This document shows, piece by piece, positions 20,454 to 30,402 of a stretch of DNA of 64,000 bases (position 1 is its first letter; each line of letters begins with the position of its first letter). This DNA comes from Candidatus Poseidoniia archaeon (GTDB lineage: Archaea; Thermoplasmatota; Poseidoniia; MGIII; CG-Epi1). A program made the translations under genes and the position numbers. The notes under the pieces are model-generated. The model did not search any database and was not told where the DNA came from. It saw nothing but the letters and a program-made list of their open reading frames with translations. The DNA lies in the NCBI GenBank assembly GCA_030748895.1, contig JASMLC010000005.1, forward strand, positions 35,517 through 99,516, read 5' to 3'.

Positions 20454-21665
20454 ATGGTAGGATTAAAGACAGTATTTGACATATTCGCATTTTATGATGA
20501 TGTGAAGGCCAGCGGGAAAAAAATAGCTTGGTGTTCCGCATTTGCCCCCACTGAAGTCCTTATGGCAATGGATATTATCCCTGTATACCCTGAAAACCAT
20601 GCTGCAATACTGGGCGCCCTATCTCCTGATAGAAACCCTGACAATCCGTACAGCCAAGATTCTATCAAATTATCTGAGGCAAGTGGGTTAAGCTCACCCA
20701 TACTATGTAAATATGCCCTCAGTGATATCGGGATACTCCTAGGAGATGTAGCCTCTCCCATCCACGGCCTCCCCGAACCGGATATGTTTTATGCCTGCAA
20801 CAGCCAATGTTCAGTTGTGGAACGGTGGGGCAATGAGGTCCAGAAAATATTTTCACAGCAAAACAAAGATGTCCCTCATTATGTACTGCGGGCACCGCCT
20901 CTGGTAAGAAAAGAAGAGCATTCACCAGAGGAATTACAGCATTTTAAAGAGAAAATCGAACAACACATAAAGGAAATATGTGACCGTTTTGAATTGAACT
21001 ATAATGAAGAAAAACTAAATGAAATTGTAGAAGAAGCAGACAAGGCCAATCGATTATGGCAGAAATGTCTTGAACTAGCGAAAAGAAAACCGACACCATG
21101 GACCAATATTGATGCTTTTACTGCTATGGCACCAATTGTAGTCGCACGAGGAACAAAAATCTGTACGGATTATTACCGCTCGCTTCTGTCTGAACTGGAG
21201 GAAAGAATTGAAAAAGGAATCCAAGCGGTGCCCGATGAAAAAATAAGACTTGTCTGGGACGCAATCCCCATCTGGCCGCGAAAAAACTGGCTGGCAAAAT
21301 ACTGCGAAGAAAACAATGTTGCTTTTGTAGCCAGTACATACACACATAGTTGGTGGTTCAATTTTGACGCAAATCATGCAATGGACTCTCTAGTGAGAAG
21401 ATACGCATGGAATACCATGAATCGTTCAAAAGACTGGATTTTGAATTGGACCATCAATATGGTCAAGGAATATCAGGCAGATGGGATTGTTGCTCATTGG
21501 AACAACAGTTGCAGCATTTGGAACAGTTATGTTAAACGCCGACTTCCGGGATATGAAGCGGCAGGGATCCCCACTGTAATGATTGAGGCAGATATGGTAG
21601 ATGCACGATTCTTTGATGAAGCAAAAATCACTGAGCAACTGGATAATTTTGTTCAATCATTTTAA
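20454..21665 (+). CDS. 2-hydroxyacyl-CoA dehydratase / benzoyl-CoA reductase family subunit (HGD-D family)
   Basis: 403 aa, HGD-D family fold; paralog of the 16107 and 23402 products. Confidence 0.65.
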   Translation: MVGLKTVFDIFAFYDDVKASGKKIAWCSAFAPTEVLMAMDIIPVYPENHAAILGALSPDRNPDNPYSQDSIKLSEASGLSSPILCKYALSDIGILLGDVASPIHGLPEPDMFYACNSQCSVVERWGNEVQKIFSQQNKDVPHYVLRAPPLVRKEEHSPEELQHFKEKIEQHIKEICDRFELNYNEEKLNEIVEEADKANRLWQKCLELAKRKPTPWTNIDAFTAMAPIVVARGTKICTDYYRSLLSELEERIEKGIQAVPDEKIRLVWDAIPIWPRKNWLAKYCEENNVAFVASTYTHSWWFNFDANHAMDSLVRRYAWNTMNRSKDWILNWTINMVKEYQADGIVAHWNNSCSIWNSYVKRRLPGYEAAGIPTVMIEADMVDARFFDEAKITEQLDNFVQSF

Positions 21666-21673
21666 TTGATTAA

Positions 21674-23398
21674 ATGGAAGTAGCAGATAAAATATATAAG
21701 AGCGAAATTGATTTAATGAAATTTCCGCAGAATCTGGCGGTAATGCTTAATCAAAATGGCGAAAATTTTTCAAGCTCAGCCGTTTATCAAGAACCAAGAA
21801 ATGGTGAATATAAAGTATTAACCTGGTCTCAATTTGTTAGAGATATTTCAGCTATTCAAGAATATCTACGTTCCATGGGGCTTAAGCAGGGTGATAGAAT
21901 TGCCATTCTATCGCGCAATTGCCAGGAAATGCTAGAACTGGAGTTGGCTGTTATGGCTATGGGTGCTATTTCAGTTCCCATTTTTGCAGGGTATCCAGAT
22001 GATCAGGCTAATCGTCTGCTGGATTTTTGTAACCCGACATTTGCAGCAGTAGCTGATAATATTCAATATGCAAAAATCAAGACTCCCGAATCATTGCGAA
22101 AAATCATTCATTTTTCTGGCGATGAAGGAAAATTTGGTTCAAACTCCATCTCTTTCGGGGATATGGTTTCTCATTATATTGGCGTTACGGATGTTACCGG
22201 GTTAGATATCCCGGCTGACACTGTATCATTGATGATGTACACTTCCGGTACTATGGGAAGGCCCAAATGTGTACAGTTGACTCACGGAAATATTCTATCG
22301 CAGCAGGCGGCTATGAAGGCCTTGTGGGATTTGAATCAAGAAGACAGATTCCTGTCCTACCTTCCGTGGCACCATAGTTTTGGCGGAATTTTTGAGAAAT
22401 TCGCTGCAATTGTGAATGGGGCAACTCTATCTCTTGAAAATGGATATGGTAAAGATATTAGTACCCTTTTAAAAAACTGGAACCATGTACGGCCAACGGT
22501 ATTTTTCAGCGTCCCTCGTATTTACCAAGAGATCGCTATCAGGGCCACGCAAGATCCGGCTATAGAGAAAACGATTTTTCATGATGAACTACGTTTCGTC
22601 TTTACGGCAGCAGCTGCCCTGCCCAAAAATATAGCTGATCTCTTTGCAAACTATGGAGTGCCAGTCATCGAGGGATGGGGATTGACTGAAACTTCTCCCT
22701 GTTGTACCACGACTGACCCAAATATTGAGAGAGAAACTGGGGTTGTGGGCAAGCCGATTCCTGGTGTATCTGTGAGAATTGCCTCTGATGGGGAAATACT
22801 GGTTAAAGGTCCGAATGTAATGGCCGGATACTACAGCAATTCTGAAGCCACTACTGAAGTGATCGAGGAAAGTGGATGGTTTCACACAGGCGACATAGGG
22901 GAATACACAGACACTGGCCTGAAACTCATCTCCAGGAAAGGCAGGATATTCAAGTTGATTAATGGTGAAAACGTGGTCCCCACGGAAGTTGAAAATCTGA
23001 TTTCAAAGGATTGTGCATATCTATCGCACACCTTTTTGAGTGGTCGCAACCGTGATTATCCAGTAATTCTTCTTTTCCCAAATAAGAATGTGTTTTCCCA
23101 AAAACCTGATAAGTCTATGTTATGCGATAGGTGTCAATGCCCATCAAATATGCTGGAATATTTAAAGTGTTTAAGCGAATGTCTAAAGATATGGAACCAG
23201 GCTATTACACCGAAATATGCTCGTTACAAAAAAGCGTTGGTACTTGACTATGAACTGACTATCGAGAATGAAGAACTGACTCCTTCAATGAAGCTTTCTC
23301 CAAAAGTAGTGGAGAATATCTTTCAAGATGATATCGCCTCTCTCTACGAATCTGAAAAACCAATATCTAAAAAGGCATATGTGATTAATCTGGAATAG
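21674..23398 (+). CDS. AMP-dependent acyl-CoA synthetase/ligase
   Basis: YTSGTMGRPKCVQLTHGNI (AMP-binding motif I), GWGLTETS, FHTGDIG..GRIFKLINGENVVP motifs; 574 aa. Confidence 0.85.
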   Translation: MEVADKIYKSEIDLMKFPQNLAVMLNQNGENFSSSAVYQEPRNGEYKVLTWSQFVRDISAIQEYLRSMGLKQGDRIAILSRNCQEMLELELAVMAMGAISVPIFAGYPDDQANRLLDFCNPTFAAVADNIQYAKIKTPESLRKIIHFSGDEGKFGSNSISFGDMVSHYIGVTDVTGLDIPADTVSLMMYTSGTMGRPKCVQLTHGNILSQQAAMKALWDLNQEDRFLSYLPWHHSFGGIFEKFAAIVNGATLSLENGYGKDISTLLKNWNHVRPTVFFSVPRIYQEIAIRATQDPAIEKTIFHDELRFVFTAAAALPKNIADLFANYGVPVIEGWGLTETSPCCTTTDPNIERETGVVGKPIPGVSVRIASDGEILVKGPNVMAGYYSNSEATTEVIEESGWFHTGDIGEYTDTGLKLISRKGRIFKLINGENVVPTEVENLISKDCAYLSHTFLSGRNRDYPVILLFPNKNVFSQKPDKSMLCDRCQCPSNMLEYLKCLSECLKIWNQAITPKYARYKKALVLDYELTIENEELTPSMKLSPKVVENIFQDDIASLYESEKPISKKAYVINLE

Positions 23399-23401
23399 AA
23401 A

Positions 23402-24601
23402 ATGGCTAGACTCGAATCACAAAAAAGACTGAAAGAAGTTCTGAAAGATTACTATACGGGAATGAAATCTCCGATAGCTTGGTGCACTAGTGCTGGGCCG
23501 GCGGAGATACTGCGGGCTCTTGGATTTGAGGTGTATTTCCCAGAAAATCATGGTGCCTTTCTGGGAGCGTCACGCACAGCTGAAAAATACATTCCACGTG
23601 CTCATCAGGCAGGTTTTGACGGTGAAATCTGCTCCTATCTTACGGCAGACATTGGTGCTTGGTTGATGAAAGAGACTCCCCTGACAAAAGTGTATGGTCT
23701 GAAATCCATTCCCGAACCTGATATTATAGTGTACAACACAAATCAGTGCAGGGAAGTGTCCGAATGGTTCAACTTTTTTGGTCGTGAATATAACTGTCCT
23801 GTGGTCGGAATATATCCGCCACGCTATTTAGAGGAAGTTTCAGAAGCTGATGTAGATAATGTAACGGCTCAATTAAGGGGTCTGATTTCCGTTGGAGAAG
23901 AAATTATTGGAAAACCTTTGGATTATCAGAAACTGTCGGAGACACTTGCACTGAGTTTTGAAGGTTCGAAACTCTGGAAAAAAATGCTGGAAACTGCGAG
24001 CCAGACGCCAGCACCACTAACATTTTTTGATGGATGTATTTTAATGGCTCCTATTGTTATCCTGCGTGGAACGGAGATATGTGTTGATTTCTATAGAGAA
24101 GCGTTGACGGAACTTGAGGAATTAGTTGCAAGAAACCAAGGTGCCGTCCCTGATGAGAAAGTGAGAATTTACTGGGAAGGCATGCCGGTCTGGGGACGTT
24201 TAAGAAACCTGGCCGAGCTTTTCGCCGAAAATAATACTGCTGTGGTGGCCTCAACCTACTGCAATAGCTGGGTATTCGATGATTTTGACCCGGAAAGGCC
24301 TTTGGAATCTATGGCTTATGCGTATACTCAAATTTTCATTAACAGGGGAGAAAATGCAAAGCTAGAAGTGATGAAGAATTTGATGAAAACCTTCAGAGTT
24401 GACGGCGTCGTATTTCACGATTCAAAAACTTGTTTCAACAACGCGAACAGTCGTTTTGGCTTGCCTCAACGAGTTGAAGAAGCTACAGGCAAGGATAGCA
24501 TATCCTTCGATGGAGACTTAGTGGATTTGAGATTCTTTTCCGATGGTCAGACACGAACAAAACTTGAAACATTCATCGAACAACTGAAATTCAAGAAATA
24601 G
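23402..24601 (+). CDS. 2-hydroxyacyl-CoA dehydratase / benzoyl-CoA reductase family subunit (HGD-D family)
   Basis: 399 aa; same family as 20454; the two are separated by the CoA ligase gene. Confidence 0.65.
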   Translation: MARLESQKRLKEVLKDYYTGMKSPIAWCTSAGPAEILRALGFEVYFPENHGAFLGASRTAEKYIPRAHQAGFDGEICSYLTADIGAWLMKETPLTKVYGLKSIPEPDIIVYNTNQCREVSEWFNFFGREYNCPVVGIYPPRYLEEVSEADVDNVTAQLRGLISVGEEIIGKPLDYQKLSETLALSFEGSKLWKKMLETASQTPAPLTFFDGCILMAPIVILRGTEICVDFYREALTELEELVARNQGAVPDEKVRIYWEGMPVWGRLRNLAELFAENNTAVVASTYCNSWVFDDFDPERPLESMAYAYTQIFINRGENAKLEVMKNLMKTFRVDGVVFHDSKTCFNNANSRFGLPQRVEEATGKDSISFDGDLVDLRFFSDGQTRTKLETFIEQLKFKK

Positions 24602-24609
24602 ATTAAATT

Positions 24610-25578
24610 ATGGAAGGAAATATAGTGAAGATATCTGATGCTCAATTAAGGATAGGTATAATCGGTGGAGGACCAGCCGGGCTCACATTAGCAGCCCATC
24701 TAATTGAAGCTGGAGCAATGGTAGTTGTGTGTGACCTTATAACTGAAAAAATTGATGTGATAAAAAAATCCGGCATTAAACTGACAAAGACAATCAACAA
24801 ACATGTAAGCATCAACCATGTCTGCTGCACTATTTCTGAACTGGGTGATTATGACCTAGACGTGATTGTAATATCTGTAAAAACCACAGCACTAAATGCT
24901 GTTGTTGAGCAATTAACTCGGATTGATTCCGGAAAAATGTTTGTCATGTGTGCTCAGAATGGCATTGATAACGAATTAATCGCTGCAGAGGCCTTCGGTA
25001 AAGATAGAACCTTGCGGATGGTCATAAATTATGCAGGTGAAATGAAAAATTTGAATACGGTCAAAGTGACCTTTTTCCATCCGCCTAATCACATAGCCGC
25101 TTTAACAGCAAATGGAAAAGAGATTTCAGAAGCAATTAGAAATTTATTGAATTCTGTGAAACTGAAGACAGAAATTTCGGGACCGGATAAGATAAGGAAT
25201 TATGTCTGGGAAAAATCCATTTTGAATGCTTCATTGAGCTGTTTATGCGCCATATCACATTGCACTATGAAAGAGGTGATGACTTTTCCTGAAACAAAGA
25301 ATCTAGTCGCAGGAATCATTGATGAATCTATCATGGTTGCGGAAAAGGAAAAGATAGAGATACGGAATGGTTTTCGAAGAGATTGTATTCTTTACCTGGA
25401 AAAGGCAGGCAATCACAAGCCCTCTATGCTAATCGATATCGAGAATGGGGCAATGACCGAAATTGACCGACTAAATGGGAAAATTCTGGAGTATGGATTA
25501 AAACATGGCATAGACACACCGCTGAATCGTGCCGTTACTGCGCTAATCCATCTTCAAGAAAAGAAAGAAAATGGATAA
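24610..25578 (+). CDS. ketopantoate reductase (PanE/ApbA) family 2-oxoacid reductase
   Basis: N-terminal Rossmann IGIIGGGPAGL, ApbA N and C domains; 322 aa. Confidence 0.65.
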   Translation: MEGNIVKISDAQLRIGIIGGGPAGLTLAAHLIEAGAMVVVCDLITEKIDVIKKSGIKLTKTINKHVSINHVCCTISELGDYDLDVIVISVKTTALNAVVEQLTRIDSGKMFVMCAQNGIDNELIAAEAFGKDRTLRMVINYAGEMKNLNTVKVTFFHPPNHIAALTANGKEISEAIRNLLNSVKLKTEISGPDKIRNYVWEKSILNASLSCLCAISHCTMKEVMTFPETKNLVAGIIDESIMVAEKEKIEIRNGFRRDCILYLEKAGNHKPSMLIDIENGAMTEIDRLNGKILEYGLKHGIDTPLNRAVTALIHLQEKKENG

Positions 25579-26332
25579 ACATCATCTTGGCATAGACTTG
25601 GGTTCCTCTTACACAAAGTTTGTTGTCACGAACGGTTCAAATGATTTGGTAATCAAAAGTGTAATTCCTTCACTAAGCAGGAACAAGAATCTATTCAAGA
25701 GCCAGTTGTCTAAAATAAAAGAACAATTCTCAATCAATGGAGTCTGTACAACTGGATACGGTCGAGATAGTTTTCAGGGGGATGTGAAAAAAACGGAATT
25801 GATTTGTGCATCGGCAGGAATATCTGTGCCATACCCTAAGCATAAATGCATCGTTGATATTGGTGGCGAAGATATTAAAATTATAGAGAGTGGACCGTCG
25901 GGAGAAGTAATTAATTTCCACATGAATGATAAATGTGCTGCGGGTACAGGGACCTTTATCACTGAAATTGCTGAGAGGGCCGAACTTAAAATTGATGAAA
26001 TGAGCGAACTTGCCCAGTTGGCCACCGGCTCGAAGATAATCAACAGTTTCTGCACAGTATTCGCCAAATCAGAGATTCTAGGATGGAAATTCAATGATAT
26101 CCCCATCGAGGAAATATCCAAGGGAATATATCTGTCAATCGTAAACCGGATCCGAAAACTTCCTGTCAAAACCGATATTCCTGTAATTCTTTGTGGAGGT
26201 GTAATAGCATTTCATCCATACCTGCAGGAACTGTTAACGAAAGAATTTTCGGCTGAGGTGGAAACCGCGCCCAATCCCCAATTTGCGGTTGCATTAGGCG
26301 CATCTGTTCTGGCACAGAAAGAATGTTCCTGA
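25571..26332 (+). CDS. BadF/BadG/BcrA/BcrD-type ATPase (HgdC-like activase)
   Basis: IDLGSSYTKFVV; DKCAAGTG; 253 aa; third paralog in the island. Confidence 0.75.
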   Translation: MDKHHLGIDLGSSYTKFVVTNGSNDLVIKSVIPSLSRNKNLFKSQLSKIKEQFSINGVCTTGYGRDSFQGDVKKTELICASAGISVPYPKHKCIVDIGGEDIKIIESGPSGEVINFHMNDKCAAGTGTFITEIAERAELKIDEMSELAQLATGSKIINSFCTVFAKSEILGWKFNDIPIEEISKGIYLSIVNRIRKLPVKTDIPVILCGGVIAFHPYLQELLTKEFSAEVETAPNPQFAVALGASVLAQKECS

Positions 26333-26401
26333 AACTTAGATATATCCGTTATATGTGCTCAAACGACGCTAATACTAATTAAAGACAAAGTCAGGAATGA
26401 T

Positions 26402-27457
26402 ATGAATACAATAAAGGCATGGCAAATGGTTGCTAAAAGCCAGCCCTTTGAGCTAGGAACGATTCCGGTCCAAAAGTTAGAAAAGAATGAGGTACTCGTG
26501 GAAGTAGCTGGCTGTGGCGTGTGTCATACGGATCTGAGTTTCTGGCATTATGGGGTCCCTACCCGTCATGAGATTCCCCTAGTCCTAGGGCATGAAATCA
26601 GCGGGACTGTTGTTGCGGGAGTATCTGACCTTATTGGCAAGCCGGTTATTATCCCTGCAGTGATGCCATGTGGGGGATGTGATCTTTGCGAGACGGGGAG
26701 AAGTAATATTTGTCAAAAACAGCAAATGCCAGGAAATGATTTTCATGGTGGATTTGCGAGTCATACAGTGGTACCAGCACAGTATCTGGCAGAAGTACCT
26801 GTTTCCGTTCTGTCAAAACACAGTCTTCCTGAACTTGCTGTAATTGCCGATGCCATTTCAACACCTTATCAGGTGATGCTAAAGAGTGGAATCCAGGAAG
26901 GTGATTTTGCAATCATAATTGGAGTTGGGGGTGTAGGGATTTATGGGGCTCAACTTGCAAGTGTTTTCGGAGGAAAAGTACTGGCACTGGACATCTCACA
27001 GGAAAAACTGGATCAACTCGGCCAAATAGGTATAGGGCAGACACTGAATATATCTGACATGGGTATAAGAGAAATAAAAAAGGCTGTAAAGGAGAAATGT
27101 CAAGAGATGGGTGCACCACCCAATCGCTGGAAAATTTACGAGATGTCTGGAACTAGAGCAGGTCAAGAGTTGGCATTTGCACTGATGGGGATTGCTAGTA
27201 CCTTATCTATTGTTGGTTTCACCATGGACAAACTAGAAGTGCGTCTTAGCAACCTAATGGCGTTTGATGCAACCTTGATTGGTACTTGGGGATGTAAGCC
27301 TGAATTATACAATAACGTTCTGGGACTAGTCGATGAGGGAAAAATTGAAATAAAACCATTTACTGAAACCTTTCCCATGTCGCAAATCAACGAAATCTTT
27401 AAAAAGACCTTGGAACACCAATTAAGCAGACGTTCGGTGATGATTCCAGATTTTTGA
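26402..27457 (+). CDS. Zn-dependent alcohol dehydrogenase (MDR) family; Had-like candidate
   Basis: GCGVCHTDL, GHEISGTV, Rossmann GVGGVG; 351 aa. Sits directly upstream of the ring-hydrolase-like crotonase. Confidence 0.75.
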   Translation: MNTIKAWQMVAKSQPFELGTIPVQKLEKNEVLVEVAGCGVCHTDLSFWHYGVPTRHEIPLVLGHEISGTVVAGVSDLIGKPVIIPAVMPCGGCDLCETGRSNICQKQQMPGNDFHGGFASHTVVPAQYLAEVPVSVLSKHSLPELAVIADAISTPYQVMLKSGIQEGDFAIIIGVGGVGIYGAQLASVFGGKVLALDISQEKLDQLGQIGIGQTLNISDMGIREIKKAVKEKCQEMGAPPNRWKIYEMSGTRAGQELAFALMGIASTLSIVGFTMDKLEVRLSNLMAFDATLIGTWGCKPELYNNVLGLVDEGKIEIKPFTETFPMSQINEIFKKTLEHQLSRRSVMIPDF

Positions 27458-27490
27458 ATAGGAACAAAAAATGAACAACAGACAAAATAA

Positions 27491-28591
27491 TTGGAGCAAA
27501 AAATGAATAACAACTTGGCAAGTCACAATCTGGTCGAAACAAATTTCAAAGAAATAATCTATGAGTCACGCCCCTGTCTGGACAATGACGGAAAGGCGGT
27601 TAATGGACTGAACAATGCATGGATTTTACTGAATAATCCTGAGCAGTATAACTCTTACACAACCGCGGCCGTGAAGGAGATTATTTTGGCATTTCGAGCG
27701 GCATCCAATGACCGCAGTGTTGTTGCAGTTGTATTCTCAGCTGTAGGCGATACGGCATTCTGTACTGGCGGAAATACAAAAGAATATGCTGAGTATTATG
27801 CAGGCAATCCACAAGAATATAAACAATATATGCGTCTGTTCAACGACATGGTTTCTGCTATTCTGATGTGTGACAAACCCGTAATCAATCGAGTGAATGG
27901 AATGCGAATCGCCGGCGGTCAGGAAATCGGAATGGCTTGTGATTTCTCGATTGCACAGGACCTGGCCCGTTTCGGGCAGGCTGGCCCGAAGCATGGTAGC
28001 GCTCCCGACGGTGGCTCAACTGATTTTCTGCATCTGTTTGTTGGTGCGGAATTGGCAATGCTTTCCTGTACAGTATGCGAACCATGGAGCGCGCACGAAG
28101 CACTACGGCATGGATTACTGTCAGAAATAGTACCTGCTCTGAAAGTTGACGGTAAGTTCATTCCAAACCCACTAGTCAGAACAGATAGATGGATCAGCAA
28201 GTGCAAGGGTGAAATCATCTTTGGCCTCCCCAGAAAAGGAAAAGCGCTGGACGAAGCAAAAGCAATACTGAAAAAGGGTGAAATAGATCTATCATTGCTT
28301 GACAGTACCGTGGAAAAAATGTGTACTAAACTGATGTTGACATTCCCCAATTGCTTGAGTAAAACCCTCAACTCCGTCCGCAAGAAAAAGCTGGAACACT
28401 GGGACAGAAACAAGGAGAGCAACCGCGATTGGCTGGCGTTAAATATGATGACAGAAGCAAAGGCTGGTTTCAGGGCATTCAATGAGGGTCAGAAAGGAAA
28501 CCGCGAAGTGGACTTCATCAAGCTACGGCAGATGCTGGCTGAAGGGCTGCCATGGGATGGCGATATGCTCAAGGCAATTTTACCCAGGTAA
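27491..28591 (+). CDS. enoyl-CoA hydratase/isomerase (crotonase) superfamily, long form; candidate 6-oxocyclohex-1-ene-1-carbonyl-CoA hydrolase (Oah/BamA-like)
   Basis: 366 aa, crotonase fold with long C-terminal extension. Size and gene context (after a Zn-ADH, near a short crotonase) match Oah. Confidence 0.55.
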   Translation: MEQKMNNNLASHNLVETNFKEIIYESRPCLDNDGKAVNGLNNAWILLNNPEQYNSYTTAAVKEIILAFRAASNDRSVVAVVFSAVGDTAFCTGGNTKEYAEYYAGNPQEYKQYMRLFNDMVSAILMCDKPVINRVNGMRIAGGQEIGMACDFSIAQDLARFGQAGPKHGSAPDGGSTDFLHLFVGAELAMLSCTVCEPWSAHEALRHGLLSEIVPALKVDGKFIPNPLVRTDRWISKCKGEIIFGLPRKGKALDEAKAILKKGEIDLSLLDSTVEKMCTKLMLTFPNCLSKTLNSVRKKKLEHWDRNKESNRDWLALNMMTEAKAGFRAFNEGQKGNREVDFIKLRQMLAEGLPWDGDMLKAILPR

Positions 28592-28618
28592 TCTTACATG
28601 ACTGAGTTTTTCAAGCCT
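28580..28618 (+). repeat. 39-bp perfect direct repeat, left copy (TTACCCAGGTAATCTTACATGACTGAGTTTTTCAAGCCT)
   Basis: Identical to 30403-30441. The left copy includes the hydratase stop codon and a decoy start MTEFFKP-stop. Confidence 0.9.
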
Positions 28619-28672
28619 TGAAAGTTCCTATTTCAAGATTGTCAATATTTACCACCCCCTAGGTAAACAACG

Positions 28673-29080
28673 GTGTCTCACAGTATAACAGTTCTGAAAT
28701 CTAAATTGCACAATGCGGTAGTAACACACGCTCTCAAAGACTATGTGGGTTCTGTTGCGCTAAGCCAGGACTTGATTGATTTGGGCAAATTTCGAATTCA
28801 TGAACAAGTACACCTGTGGAACATAACACAAGGCACTCGACTGGTCACCTACGTCATGAAATATGAAGGAGAAGATAGAGGTATAATCTGTGTGAATGGT
28901 GCAGCAGCACATCTTGCTAATTCAGGAGACAAAGTTATTCTTGCTACATTTGCAGAAATAGATTCGGAGGAATCTTGGAAACCTCACGTAGTCATCATGA
29001 ATGATGAAAATCGTATTGATGAACGTGAAGAGGAAAAAGCAGAGGATTTGGATAACTATGATTTGAGGTGTGACATTTGA
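28673..29080 (+). CDS. panD: aspartate 1-decarboxylase (pyruvoyl-dependent, PanD family)
   Basis: 135 aa. The N-terminus aligns to bacterial PanD, including the self-processing Gly-Ser site (KDYVGSVALSQD vs E. coli LHYEGSCAIDQD) and the GAAAH region. GTG start. Confidence 0.75.
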   Translation: MSHSITVLKSKLHNAVVTHALKDYVGSVALSQDLIDLGKFRIHEQVHLWNITQGTRLVTYVMKYEGEDRGIICVNGAAAHLANSGDKVILATFAEIDSEESWKPHVVIMNDENRIDEREEEKAEDLDNYDLRCDI

Positions 29081-30390
29081 CAAAATCAGTACCGATACCC
29101 GAAGGGACCCTGTCCAAGATTTTTGACGAAGCTGGGTACGACTCTAACAATTTGTCAATCCGTGAGACAAGTCATTTGGCATCTCTTATAAGTAAAGAAT
29201 ACGGAATCGAATTTGTAAGGATGGAAATGGGCATTCCCAACATTCCTGCTCCTGATATCGCAAGGGAGGCTGAGAAGAAGGCTATAGATGACGGTTTACA
29301 AGGTACGTATCCGCCATTTGATGGAATCCCACAATTAAAAAAAGCTGGAAGCGATTTTGTCAAGGCATTTTTGGATTTGGATGTGAAGCCCGAACATGTA
29401 GTGCCTACAAGTGGATCATTGCAAGGTGGATACATCTCTCAAGCACTCGCGGGAAATATGCATCCGGGAAAGAATACTATATTATATCTTGACCCAACCT
29501 TTCCAGTAAGTAGGTATCAGGCCCGGTTTCTCGGATTGGAAAGTGATGGAATTGAAATGTATGATAATCGAGGATCTGAACTAGTGAATGCGGTAGAAAA
29601 ACGAATTTCTAAGGGAGATATTGGGGGAATTCTATGGTCATCACCAAACAATCCCAGCTGGTCTTGTTTAACGAAAGAAGAATTAAAAGAAATAGCCAGA
29701 ATATGTGACGATAATCAGATACTGGCAATTGAGGACCTCGCGTATTTAGGAATGGATTTCAGAAAGGACTATTCTGTACCGTACTCAGAACCATACATAC
29801 CTTCGATTGGCAAATTCGGTACCAACTGGATCACGTTAATCTCAGCGTCCAAGGCTTTCTCATTACCTGGGTCAAGATGTGCGATCGCAGTCATCTCCCC
29901 TGAGCTTACCGAACAGGAATTCGAGGGTTTGAAAAGGTTTTGTGGAAGAAACCGATTCGGCCACGCGTTTTCCCTTGGGGGCTTGTACGTAACGACCGCG
30001 GGAACTAGTCACACTGCACAATATGCCCTATCAAAAATGCTTGAAAGTGCGACCAAAGGTGATTTCAATTTTATAGACACTACTAGAATTTATGGAGAAA
30101 GGGCAAGCCATGTCAGAAAAATATTCCTGAAATACGGTTTTAAACAAGTTTATGATAAGGATATGGATGAACCGGTAGGAGACGGGTTCTATCTTACAAT
30201 GTCCTATCCTGGCTATGACGGGAATAACCTGATGATAGAATTGTTGAAGTATGGAATTTCCACAATTACTCTAAAATCGACCGGTTCAAATAGGCACGAA
30301 GGGTTGAGAATCTGCATATCTTTTGTGGACTCCGAAGACATCCCTGTTTTAGAAGATAGATTGCAAAAATTCATGGAGAACAACAATTGA
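29077..30390 (+). CDS. class I (AspC/TyrB fold-type I) PLP aminotransferase
   Basis: SASKAFSLPGSR matches the SxSKxFGLxGxR Lys motif of class I aminotransferases; 437 aa; ATGA-coupled to panD. Confidence 0.6.
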   Translation: MTKSVPIPEGTLSKIFDEAGYDSNNLSIRETSHLASLISKEYGIEFVRMEMGIPNIPAPDIAREAEKKAIDDGLQGTYPPFDGIPQLKKAGSDFVKAFLDLDVKPEHVVPTSGSLQGGYISQALAGNMHPGKNTILYLDPTFPVSRYQARFLGLESDGIEMYDNRGSELVNAVEKRISKGDIGGILWSSPNNPSWSCLTKEELKEIARICDDNQILAIEDLAYLGMDFRKDYSVPYSEPYIPSIGKFGTNWITLISASKAFSLPGSRCAIAVISPELTEQEFEGLKRFCGRNRFGHAFSLGGLYVTTAGTSHTAQYALSKMLESATKGDFNFIDTTRIYGERASHVRKIFLKYGFKQVYDKDMDEPVGDGFYLTMSYPGYDGNNLMIELLKYGISTITLKSTGSNRHEGLRICISFVDSEDIPVLEDRLQKFMENNN

Positions 30391-30402
30391 AATTAAACGA
30401 CA

